In this document: positions 52,566 to 63,738 of the stretch, piece after piece | How the letters are laid out: the number at the start of each line of letters is the position of its first letter | Numbering within the stretch: the stretch's first letter is position 1 | Origin: Mobula birostris | Lineage: Eukaryota | DNA length: 64,000 bases | Reading direction: 5' to 3' | NCBI RefSeq assembly: GCF_030028105.1 | Contig: NC_092401.1 | Location: forward strand, 26,712,399 to 26,776,398 | Position numbers and translations under genes: made by a program | The notes under the pieces: generated by a model | The model's database searches: none | The model's input: the letters and a program-made list of their open reading frames with translations, nothing else | Told to the model about the DNA's origin: nothing

Positions 52566-55500
52566 GTGAGTTCATTACTGTGCATACGAGGTCTTGATAA
52601 TTACAAATCATTCACCTCTATTTTAGCAGATGAAATTTCAAGCACCAATATGTCAATTTTACTAAATCTAAGTATATATATAAAACCATTGGCAGTATGA
52701 GTTAGTTTAAAGGAAAATGTAATTTTTCCCCACTTTTAAGTATACTCCGTTTTCCTTTGTGTGAATGACATTGCCTGTGTGATACAGTGAGCTTGCAGGT
52801 GAGAGGAAAGCTATTTGCGAGTCCTGATGAAGGCTCAGCCCGGAACATTGACTGTTTATTCCCCTCTATAGATGCTACCTGACCTGCAGAGTTCCTCCAG
52901 TATTTCGTGTGCAAGTTTCCAACATCTGTAGAATCTCTTGTGTTTATTCTTGTTCATTAGTTGTTTTTCTCAATGAGTTTACAACATTAATCTTTCAATC
53001 TTGTGTGTGATCCAAAGTGTTGTTTCTGCTCTATAGTTACATTGTTGAGTATTTTAAATTTGCAGTCATTATTTCTATAGGGAGGACTACATCTTTTGAA
53101 TTTACACTGTTAACGGGTCTATCGTTGGAAGTCATAAAACTGAATAAAATCTTGTGTAGTTTTTACAGAATCCAACCAAAAGACCACTTGGCATAGGAGC
53201 AGAATTAGGCCATTCAGCCCTTTGAGTCTGTTCCATTATTCAATCATGGCTGACTTATAAGATCCTTCACATATTCTTTAACAAGTCAACATGTTTTGTA
53301 TTAATGTATTGTCAATGTGATTTCAATTGACATATTGAGGTGTGTGGTAATGTAGTAGTTACCTAACTAGCAGCCAGAACTATGGCATATTGATTCAGGG
53401 GTGTAAGTTTGGATCCAACCAGGACAGCTATGGGATTTAAATTTGGGTGATTACATAAACCCAGAATTAAAATAAGATGAATTAGTCTCAGTAAAACTAT
53501 GAGACTGTTGGATTTTCATTAAAAAACTGTCTGGTTTTCAAGAGGAGAGATGTGTTATCCTTACCCATTCTGGTCCATGTGTGACCAGTGAGGTTGACCC
53601 TTAACTGAAAATTATCTGACATCCACCATGTCAACATATTTTAAGAAATATGTTTTAGAAGTTATTTTGAGGAATTGTTTTAGTTAGTTTAAAGATTTAA
53701 ACAATTTGTTGGATGATTCAGTCTTGGGTTTTTGTTTAGTTCCCCAATGAATGGAACACAATTGTGTCCTTTGAAATATGATGACAGTTGCATGTAGGGG
53801 TATCTTTCTGTGACCTAGTTGAGGTTCTGACTACAAAGTACCACACGACATTTCAGTCACATGGTAACACACTCACTTCTGAATGTCAGGATCAAAGGTC
53901 CACGCTGGGCCAACAATACAAGGTCAAAGCAGAACAACCAAATACTAGGTTAACTTCTTGAGAGAAAGGCTGCTGGATGATATTCCAGGCAACTGGACAA
54001 TATTCCAATAAAATTATTAATCGAGTGCTTAATCCTTTATTCCTTGGAGTAGGAGGCTGAGGGGGTGACCTTATAGATCAAGAGGAATATAAAAGGGGTG
54101 AATGTGCACAATCTTTTTTCCCAGGGAAGGGAACTAAAACTAGAGGGTACAGGTTTAAGGTGAGAAAGAACATCTTCAAAAGGGACTTGAGGGGCAATTT
54201 GTTCACGCAGAGGGTGGTGTGTTTACAGAACAAGTTGCCAGTGGAAATGCTTGAAGAAGTGCATTTGGATTTGGATTTGGGTAAGTGTGTGGATAGGAGA
54301 GGTTTAGAAGGATATGGGTCAAAGGCAGGCAACTGGTTCCAGCTTGGCGGGCACTATGACAGGCATGGGCAAGTTGAGCCAAAGGCCCGTTTCCGTGCTG
54401 TAGGTTACCCATTCTAGCTGCTGGACCTGGAGACGGGAATATCACAAACTGAAGTGGAAGTTAGCCCTAGAAAATTATTGACTGGTTCTCAGTCATATCC
54501 AACAATGAAAGTGGAACCTGTGTGGTAGAGTTTTTAAAGTGGAAAAGCTATTATACTGGGATAGTTCCATTCTCTTGACCTTGGAAGTCCAGGTCCACTG
54601 GTACAAGTAATTGCCACAACTGGAGTCTTCCTTGCTTGTGGTGGATGACCACAACTTCTTCTACGCTTTGTCATGCCCTTCACTCTCCATGCAGAGCCAC
54701 CTTCCCAGCTGTTGGATCTTACTGTTGGTCTCATTCACCCTGTCTGTTGGAGCTGACTTTGCCTGCTAGGACAGGCATGTCCCTATCTCTCTTATGGGTC
54801 TCTCCTCACCTGTCAAAACATTGTACCAGGGTGTTTTAAATTCAAAGTCCAAGCAGCATACATGTATGTCACCATATATTACAATGATATTCATTTTCTT
54901 GTAGAAATTCACACGAAATTAATGAAATACAATAGAATTTATGAAAAACTATGAAGACTGACAAATAACCAAGTGCAAAAGAAAACAAATCATACAAATA
55001 ATAAAACAAATACATAAATAATACTGAGAACATTGAGTTGTAGAGTTCTTGAGAGCGAGTCTGTAGATTGTAGTCAGATCAGAGTTGAGGTGAGTGAAGT
55101 TATCCATGCCAGTTCAAGAGGCTGATGGTTGTAGAGTAATAACTATATTTCCAGATCCCCACCACCCTTGCTTTGACAGCACAGCAACAACCTGCATTTA
55201 CATTGTGCCTGAGTAAACCATAAACCTTAACCACAAGAGATTTTGCAGTTGCTGGGCATCCAGAGTAACACACACACACACAAAATACTGGAGAAACTCA
55301 GCCGCTCAGCCAGTGTCTGTGGAGAGGAATAAACAGTGGAGATTTTGGGCTGAGATCCTTCTTAAAACTTAAATGCTTATTGCCACATTTAACAACACAA
55401 CGTTTAACTGTCATCCTAAAGGAACATAAACCTAATTGCATTTATTCAACTGTTTTACAATTAAGTTCTGGGGAACTCAGATGCAAAATCTACAGGACCG

Positions 55501-55574
55501 ATTTGAACCGCACCACAACCCTGTTCCCTGCAAAAACACAAACATCTGGCTTGCAGAAAAGTTTTCTTGCTGCG

Positions 55575-55740
55575 GCAGCAAGATAACATTATTAACTGCA
55601 AGTGTGGTACAAACTGTCACCCAGTCTTGTTTGTCACAGGATTTACCAGCAGTGAAGTTAGCAATGTGTCTTATCTTTCCAAACACGTGTTTGAGTTGAT
55701 GGGCTGGGAATGGGCACTTGGAGCCCCAGGATAAGTGCTT
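55575..55740. promoter_or_regulatory. Candidate erythroid enhancer in EPOR intron 1
   Basis: AGATAA (55581), TGTGGT (55603), TTATCT (55671) 7 bp from E-box CACGTG (55684) and GATAAG (55730), in non-repetitive DNA. Confidence 0.4.
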
Positions 55741-56444
55741 ACTCACAAGAGCAGACTGCATCATATTTTATGATTTTGTGCATGTGACACTGGAAGATTA
55801 GCATTCACCCTACCGTTTAAAGACACAGAAACCAGTAATTAGCATGTCCTTTTCTGTGGCATACTAGAATTGTCAATTTTAAAAACACAGACTGCTGGGG
55901 GATCTCAGTGGGATGGGCAGCATCTGTGGAGGGAAGTGGACATTGGGGGCTTTGGGTGGAGACCCTTATCTGGCCAACCTGGAGCGTCAACTCTCCATTT
56001 CCCACTATCGATGCCTCCAGAAGACACGGTACATCATTAAAGACCCCTCACACCCTCTCCATGAACTGTTTGTTCTTCTGCCATCAGGCAGACGTTACAG
56101 GAGCATCAAAACTAAAACCACAAGGCTACTAAACAGCTTCCTCCCACAGGCGGTCAGACTGCTAAGCAGCTGCTCCACCTGACTCTGCTTTGGACACTTT
56201 TAACTCACACTGGACACTTATAACTGATTTTAACTGACATGTGGCTGTTGTGTTTTACTATTTATTGTTATGTTTATTATTTAGTGTTGCATTTGATATG
56301 TTATGATTGCACTGCCCCTGAGAAACGTTGTCTCATTCTGCCCTGCAGAGCTGATGTATGGTTAGAATGACAATAAAATTTTTTGAATCTTTGAATCTTT
56401 GATTCTGCCTGACCCACTGATTTCCTTCACTTTCTTGTGCACTG

Positions 56445-56735
56445 TCCCAGTTGACCAAGTTGCCTCAGTTTCCAGTTTCACCAGATGCCCTTGTTCCTTC
56501 AGTTATTCCAGCTTCCAGAGCTGCCTCTGTTGCCCAGCTCCTCCAGTTCCCCAATTGCCACATTTGCCCCAGCTGCCCCATTTACCCCAGTTGCCTCAGG
56601 TTTTCGGTTTCCTCAGTTGCCCCAATTTTCCCAGTTTCTCCAGTTGCCCAGTTCCTCCAGTTGACCCAATTCCTCAGTTTACCCAGTTCCCCCGGTTGCC
56701 GCAGTTGTTCCAGTTACTCCAATTTCCTTTGCTTC
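56445..56735. repeat. Degenerate ~9 bp tandem repeat (CCCCAGTTG-like)
   Basis: Repeated CCCAGTT(G/T/C) units. Confidence 0.8.
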
Positions 56736-58125
56736 AGATGCCAGTATCTTTTGCCTCCAAGAGTCAGGGTTATTTTATGTCACGGGTGAGTAAACAGGCC
56801 CTTTCCAAATTCCTATGTGAGGTTTCAGGAAAACATCCTTGTAGATAAAAGCAGATTTGCCCTGTTAGTTCAGGCAAGTTTCTTCCCTCATTCAATAAGG
56901 CTAAAGATGAGGTTAATTGTTCACTTATCTTATTACTGGTTGCACGATCTTCTTGTCCATGAGTCGGCTGCTGCACTTCCCTGAAAGTGGCACCACAGGT
57001 AGACGGGACGGTGAAGGAGGTTTTGCCCTTTATCACTCGAGGCAGAGAGAATAGATGTTATTTTGCAGTTATTTAAGACATTGATGAGGCTGCACTTGGA
57101 ATATTGTGCTCAGCTTTGGAAAGATGCCATTAAGTTTGAAGGAGTATAGAGGAGATTTACAAGGATGTTGCCAAGACATGAAGTTCTGAGCTGTTGGGAG
57201 AGGTTGAGCAGGTAAGGACTTCATTCATTGCAATGAGGGGTGACATTTTAGAGTCACAAAAGTCATGAGGAGCATATACAGGGTGTATGAACTCATCCTT
57301 TTTCCTAAGTTTGGAGAATCAAGGGCATAGGTTTAAGGAGAGAGGGAAGAGGTTTAATAGGAACCTGAGCGGTAAATTCTCAGTTTCACCCAGAGGGTGG
57401 TCTGTTGATTGAACAACCTACCCTATGAAGAGTTTAAGGCAGGATAGAAAAGGTTTTGGAGTATAGGCCAAACACAGGCAAATGGGATAAGCATCATAGT
57501 CAGGAGTGGGCTATGGAGGCCAAGTCATTGAGTTCAGTTAAAGCAGTGACTGTTAGATTCTTGTTTTGATTGTTGAGGGTGCAGGGAGAAGGGAGGATAA
57601 TGGGGCTGAGAGAAAGAAATTAGCTGCAGTTAAACGGTAGAGCAGATTTAGTTGACTGAATGGCCTAATTATGCTGTTTGGCCCATTGGCTACAGCATCA
57701 GCCAGTGTGTAATGGAATTAGGTTTATGTTTGACATACTGTACCTTGGGATATTTTCCGATCAACAGCGTTATCTAAATTCAAGCTAACAAATTAGTATT
57801 ATGCCTGGAAAATGTTCCACAACATTTTACTCTGTTCATAAATCTCAAGAGGAACATGCAAACTCCACACAGACAGCATTGAACCTGGGTCTTCAGTGTT
57901 GCGAGGCAATGGTTTAATCAGTGCAGTGTTGCTAAACCACGGTAGTGATTAGAGCTGTGTCACTTGTTTCAAGAACTGAATAGTTGAGGGGAAATAGCTC
58001 TTCCTGAATCTGTTCTTGAAGCTGTCAGTCAACTGTATTATCTGTCAGCCTGCTCACAAGCCCTTGTGTTAGGGTAACCCCTGTAGAGCCGGCTACAAGT
58101 GACTTACACTGGTCTTTCTCACTAG

Positions 58126-58264
58126 TCCTCCAGGTTAACACGGTTGGGTCGGAGAAGTTGAAATGCTTCACTCAAACACTGGAGGATTTCACCTGTGTCT
58201 GGGATGAAAGGAACAACACAAGCAACAGCAGCCAGTACAGATTCTTCTACCAGTACCAATACCA
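58126..58264 (+). CDS. EPOR: EPOR exon 2 (LQVNTVGSEKLKCFTQTLEDFTCVWDERNNTSNSSQYRFFYQYQY)
   Basis: C-F-x4-EDF-x-C-x-W motif of the class I cytokine receptor D1 domain; acceptor CACTAG; donor GTAAGT. Confidence 0.9.
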
Positions 58265-58602
58265 GTAAGTTGTCCGTTTCTCAGCTACAGTGCCCAACAC
58301 AGGTTCTGGATCATTGATCCAGGGACATGAGTTTAATTCCCATCACAGCAGCAGGGGCATCTTCTCAAGTCTTTATTAATTCATGTTTGAGGTACACACT
58401 CATTGGGGACCATGTCTCTTTCAGAAAATGTGCAGAAAAGTTTTATTACTTAGGAATCCAATTTTTTTCTATGATGATAATATAGACAAAAGTCATTCCA
58501 GGATATTTCTTTGTCCAAGACACATACAAGTCCTGTGGCACCAGTAGACTGCATCCATAATAATAGGACATCTGTAGAGTTGCAAAATCCTGACCTTATT
58601 CA

Positions 58603-58963
58603 AGCAACACACACACAAAATGCTGGCGGAATTCAGCAGGCCAGGCAGCATCTTTGGAAAAGAGTACAGTCAACATTTTGGGGTGAGACCCTTCTTGGCC
58701 CAAAACGTCAAAGTTCTGCTGAAGGGTCTCGCCTGAAACTCTGAGTCCTGCTGAAGGGCCTCGGCCTCAAATTTCGAGTCCTGCTGAATGGACTCGGCCT
58801 GAAACATCGAGAGTCCTGCTGAAGGGACTCGGCCTGAAATGTCGAGAGCCCTGCTGAAGGGTCTAAGCCCAAAACGTCAACTGTACTCTTTTCCACGGAT
58901 GTTGTCTGGCCTGCATTTTGTGTGTGTTGCTTGGATTTCCAGCATCTGCTGTTTTTCTCTTGT
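58603..58963. mobile_element. Palindromic Penelope-derived insertion with a 15 bp TSD and an internal hammerhead array
   Basis: Inverted arms; TCCTGACCTTATTCA (58588-58602) and TCCTGACATTATTCA (58964-58978). Confidence 0.82.
58712..58883 (+). repeat. Tandem array of five 32-35 bp hammerhead-core units (CTGCTGA variant)
   Basis: CTGCTGA at 58716, 58748, 58781, 58816 and 58851, each followed by a stem II-like segment and (G/C/A)AAA. Confidence 0.85.
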
Positions 58964-59619
58964 TCCTGACATTATTCACCATTTTCCTGGAGTGAGATTA
59001 CCCACCTTACCTGTAATGGCTAAAGTGTAACTTCAGACTCAACAGTACTGTTAATTAGCTCAAGGGTAGTTAGGATGGGCGATAAATGCTGGAACTGTCA
59101 GTGATGTCCACGTCCCGAGAATCAGAATCGGAACCAGGCTTCTTATCACTGACGTATGTTGTGTGAAATTTATCGTTTCGTGGCATCTGTACAATGCCCT
59201 ACATATAATAAATTATACTTTATAATAACATGAACGTGTGAAATAATTGGTGCAAAAAGAAAGCAAAAACTGTTGGGTGGTGTTCATGGGTTCATTGTCC
59301 GTTCAGTAATCTGTTAGCAGAGGGAAAGAAGCTGTTTCTAAATCATTGAGCATGTGTGTTCAGGCTCCTGTACCTCCTCTCTGATAGTAGTCAGGAGATG
59401 GGGGCACGTCCTGGGTGGTGAGGATCCTTAAAAATCTTTATGTTACATCTCCATCTAAATGTGCAATGTGCAACTTACTGTAATTTGTTAATAAATAGCT
59501 TGTATAGCAGGGCAGTCAATATAACATAGAAATACAATTGTATAAGTGTGAATTAATCAGTCTAATGGCCTGGTGGAAGGAGCTGTCCCGGAGCCTGTTG
59601 GTCCCGGCTTTTATGCTGC

Positions 59620-60185
59620 CATGTTGTTGTTCGTCCATCGTCATCGTCGATGAAGACCTCGACACCATTATGATGGTGTCGAGACTAGCGCGTGATTTGG
59701 ATTTAAGTGAGGGAGAGTTGAGCAGCGTCAGCCTCACTCTCTCTTCCCAATTCCCATCTGGATCCAGTGGCAAGACAGAGTTGAGACGGCTGGAGATGGG
59801 ACTAGGCGCAGTGGATGACCAGGACGTCTTCTGTGTCTTGTCCTGCTCTACACGTTCCACGACGCTTGCAGAGACCGCCTTCTTGACCGTTGGACCTTCC
59901 ATTGGTCTCATCCGCTCAATCTGCCGGAGTCTGTCTTCACATGCTGGGATAGACAACTCCCTATCTCACCGAGGGTTTGAGACCCGACGGCTACCCTTAC
60001 TTGGCTTAGCCGGCTTATCGAAGCTGTTGCCCGGGGTGTGGCCGCTGTCGCATGCAAACAGCTACGGGGAGCCACAGGTGAGAGCTGAGTGCCAGGTGGG
60101 GACCAAAGGTGGACTAACCACCTTGAAAAGGAAGCGACATTTTCCCCCACCAGAGATGCTACCCCTCCCTGACACCCCAGCTAGA
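59620..60185 (-). mobile_element. RTE-clade non-autonomous element
   Basis: CpG-rich and well preserved; 5' part CTCTCACCTGTGGCTCC...GCATGCGACAGCGGCCACACC resembles RTE 5' UTRs; ends in (CAA)n. Confidence 0.55.
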
Positions 60186-60844
60186 ACAGTTTGTGGTTGG
60201 GGTGACTTCAGAGATGTTGATACCAAAGAACCTGAAACTGCTCACCATTTCAACTGCTGCTCCTTGATGAGGACTGGTAAAAAATTAATTAAAAATTGCC
60301 CTTGAACATATTGTGGAAATGCTAAGCCTAAAGAACTCACTATGGTCAATTTTAATCCTTCCCTTTTGGCAGAACTGGATGGATGAGAATTTAAGCATTT
60401 TAAAATCAATCTGGTTTTCTTCTTTAGAAATTTAGAGACAATTGGGCCCATTGTCTATGCTTTATTGCCTCTGTCTTCAGGTTTCAGCTGCTCTCCGTCA
60501 TGTTGATAGAGGTGTACAAATGATAAGAGGCATAGATAGAGTGGACAGCCAGAGACTTTTTCCCAGGGGCAAAGAGCTAATACGAGGGGTCAAAACTTTA
60601 ATGTGATTGAAGGGAAGCATAGAGGGCAATGTCAGAGGTAGGTTTTTATGCAGAGAATGGTGGCTGCATGGAATGCCCGTTAGGGGTGGTGGTAGAGGCA
60701 GATACAATAGGGGCATTTGAAAAACTCTTAGGCATCTGGAGTGAAAGAAAAATGGATGGCTATGTATGAGGGAAGGTTAGATTGTTCATGGAGTACGTTA
60801 AAAGATCAGCACAATATCGTGCCTTAATGTTGTACATTATGTGA

Positions 60845-61298
60845 TCGAGAATCTCCGGAGAGAAAGCCCCAAAATCCCCAGCTTTGCCTGCTGTTGGCGA
60901 CCGAGGCTGAGGTCGAATCGTTCGAATAGAGCTGGTGCTCAGTACTCGGTGTCGGAGGGCTGATCGGAGCTCGAAGATTTCGGACAGCTCAGAGTCAGAC
61001 TGTGGTCGGGCATGGCAGGGAGAGTGTTCTTCTTTCTCCCGTCTGCGTGAGATGTGGGACTTTCGAGAAACTTTGAACTTTTTTACTGTGTCATGGACTG
61101 TTCTTCATCAGGTTATGGTGTTGTTGAACTGTTGTAACTAAATGTTATAATTATGTGGTTTTAGTTTTTCAGTCTTGGTCTGTCCTGTGTTTCAGTGATA
61201 TCACACCAGAGGAATATTGTATCATTCCTTAATGCATGCATTACCAAATGACAATAAAAGAGGACTGCGTGTCCTCATAATCTAATCTAATCTAATCT
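60845..61298 (+). mobile_element. Second copy of the same element family, with an (AATCT)n tail
   Basis: Clear similarity to the reverse complement of 48390-48860; inserted in a CR1 3' tail. Confidence 0.7.
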
Positions 61299-61330
61299 AT
61301 GTTTTATGTTCAATGCTCTTTCTCCTCCAG

Positions 61331-61509
61331 GGATGACGAGAGAAAGAAAGAATGTCAATTATCCATGGAAGAGATTGCCAACAACACAACACGTCACATC
61401 TGTTCCCTTCCAATGATGGAGGTCTCCTTGTTTACCCCACTGGACATTGAGGTGTTGCTAAACAGAAGTGTTGTCATGAGCAGAAAGGACATGTATATTA
61501 ACCACATGG
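61331..61509 (+). CDS. EPOR: EPOR exon 3 (DDERKKECQLSMEE...HICSLPMMEVSLFTPLDIEV...INHM)
   Basis: Second cysteine pair and the CSLP...FxPL motif typical of EPOR; acceptor CTCCAG; donor GTGAGT. Confidence 0.9.
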
Positions 61510-62322
61510 GTGAGTGCATTTGCAGAGTCAGAACCAGCTTTACTATTGCCAACTTAGATGATGTGAAATGTGTTGTTTTGCATCAGCGGTACAGTATAAA
61601 GAATAAAATTGCTGTAAGTTACAAGAATAAATAATGCAGAAAACCTGAGCTGGTGTTCACGGGTTCCTGGACTTGTCAGAGATTTGATGGCAGAGATAGA
61701 GAAATTGTTCCTAAAACATTGACTGTGTGTTATCAGGTTCCTGCACCCGCTCCTTGATAGTCGTAATGAGAAGAGAGCATGTCCTGGACAAGGAGGGTCC
61801 TGAATAGGTGCTCGGTGGGGAGGGTTGAATAGGTGCTCGGTGGGGAGGGTTGTGCCAGTGATGGAGATGGAGACCACATCCATCTGCAGCCTCATGCAAT
61901 CCTGTGCATTGGTGCCTCCATACCAGACAGTGGTGCAACAAGTCTAAGGCCTACTCTAAGCTTTAGTTAATTTAACCTTATCTAAGATCAATCTAACTCT
62001 TCCCCCCTATATACCCTCCATTTTTCTATTTATCATCCATGTGCCTATCTAAGGGTTTCCTGAATATTCCTAATGTATCTGCCTCTACCAGGGCGAATTC
62101 TGTGCCTCTGTTTATACAGGCCAGTCGTGCATGTCCTCCTGCACACCACTGAGGAGATCTCTTCACTGTCAGAGGTGGTGCATTGGACTAGGGTCCTGCC
62201 TGTTCTCTTAGATTGGTGTAAAAGACCCCCTTTCTGAAGAAGAACAGGACACTCCTGATATTTGTTGAACGATCAATATCACAGACAGGAAGTTCTGATC
62301 ATTGGCTTTCTTCTTCCCTCAG

Positions 62323-62474
62323 TTGTCTTGGATCCGCCGTCCAATGTGACCGTTCGGCCAACCGGGAAACCTGGGCAGCTTCACGTCAAGTGGTCAGCGC
62401 CTCCATTTAAATATCTAGACAATTCCTTAATGTACGAAGTCAACTTCTCTTCCGTTGGATCCAACATACAGCAG
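62323..62474 (+). CDS. EPOR: EPOR exon 4 (VLDPPSNVTVRPTGKPGQLHVKWSAPPFKYLDNSLMYEVNFSSVGSNIQQ)
   Basis: N-terminal half of the FN3 D2 domain; acceptor CCTCAG; donor GTAGTG (an alternative in-frame donor at 62478 is possible). Confidence 0.88.
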
Positions 62475-63287
62475 GTAGTGAAACGTACAGTTCTTTCAAC
62501 ATGCTCACACTGCACACTCAAGGCAATCACCAACTCGAGATCTTGGTTTGTTCTCACACTTGGATATTACTGCTCTGAAGTATGTGCCAGCATAGGCATG
62601 TACACACATCAGTGTGCAAGTGTGTGAATGCCAATGTGTGGTTCAGTGTATGTACAGGTTAATTTACTTGTTTATCACTTGTACGTTGAAACGTACACTG
62701 AAATGCATCGTTCGCATCAACAACCAACACACCTAAGGAGGTGCTGGGAGCAGCCCGCAAGTGTTGCCACACATTCTGCTGCCAACATACAGTGCCCAGC
62801 AGATCAACACAGAACCACAACAAAACAGAAAAGAACAAGCAACAAAACTGCAGCAAAACAAGCCCCGTCCCTCCCTACCACCCACTCACCCACACACACA
62901 CACGGAGAGTTCTCCAACCCCTGGACAGCTTTCCCAGCCTCCAGCACACTCGCAGATAACGGGCCTCCAATTTCCCCATCGGACTCCAGACTCACTGACC
63001 CAGACTTTCAGTCATCACGCTTCGACTTCCAGATTTTCAATTGAAAGTGTGTGAGTGTGTGTGAGTTTCTCTCTGTGTGAAGGTATGCTTGTTTTTCTGT
63101 GTGAGTGTATGTGTGAGCATGGGTGAGGTTGTGTGTATTTTTGCATTCTGTTATTGTTTTACCTTGTTCTGCACAATGTACTGTGTATTGATTTGATCTG
63201 TATGAACAGTATGCAAGGCAAGTATTTCACTGTGTATCAGTACATGCAATAATAATAGACCAATTTCAATTCCTATTCTGTGCAAAG

Positions 63288-63515
63288 TCTTTCTCTCTCT
63301 CCTCTTCTCTGCTCTCCCTGCTCTTCCCCCTCTCCCCCTCTCTCCCTGCTCTCACCCCTCTCCTCTCTGCCCCTTCCTCCCCTCCCTCCCCCCTCCTTCT
63401 CTCTCCTCTCTCCTTTCCCCTCCCTCTCCCCTCCCCTCTCTCTCCCCTTTTTTCCCTCTCTCCCCTTTCTTCCCTCTCTCCCCCTCTCTCTCTCTTCACC
63501 TCCTCCCACCCCCTG
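63288..63515. repeat. CT-rich low-complexity tract in EPOR intron 4
   Basis: Nearly pure polypyrimidine sequence. Confidence 0.9.
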
Positions 63516-63584
63516 CATGATCGAACATTGTGAACCTGGTCATTAAGTAATACACATCTCAGTAACTTTCCCCTGTCTGTGTAG

Positions 63585-63738
63585 GTTAACACTGTCAAAG
63601 GGAAAACGGAGTGTGTCATTCTGAAGCTGAAATCACAGACGGAATACGTTATCAGTATCCGTGCGAAGCCGGATGGAGTCTCCATGGACGGATACTGGAC
63701 CACGTGGTCTAAGCCGGTGTCTGCTTTCACCGATTCAG
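63585..63738 (+). CDS. EPOR: EPOR exon 5 (VNTVKGKTECVILKLKSQTEYVISIRAKPDGVSMDGYWTTWSKPVSAFTDS); gene continues beyond the right edge
   Basis: GxTECV...RAxP...GxWxxWS pattern; 154 nt, phase 0 to phase 1; acceptor TGTAG; donor GTATTG. Confidence 0.9.

Noticed and set aside
56399-56848. Pro/Gln-rich 149 aa ORF
   Set aside because: It is the translation of a 9 bp degenerate tandem repeat in EPOR intron 1.
59538-60305. 255 aa plus-strand ORF in EPOR intron 2
   Set aside because: It spans the boundaries of nested repeats (Rex-like and RTE-like), has no true ATG start and no recognisable domain.
52463-63738. MPL (thrombopoietin receptor) as an alternative identity
   Set aside because: Exon sizes and phases, the CSLP..FTPL, KYLDNSLMYEV and GKTECV motifs, and linkage with AP1M2/MRI1 fit EPOR better. 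Downstream exons are outside the window, so a second cytokine-binding module cannot be fully excluded.
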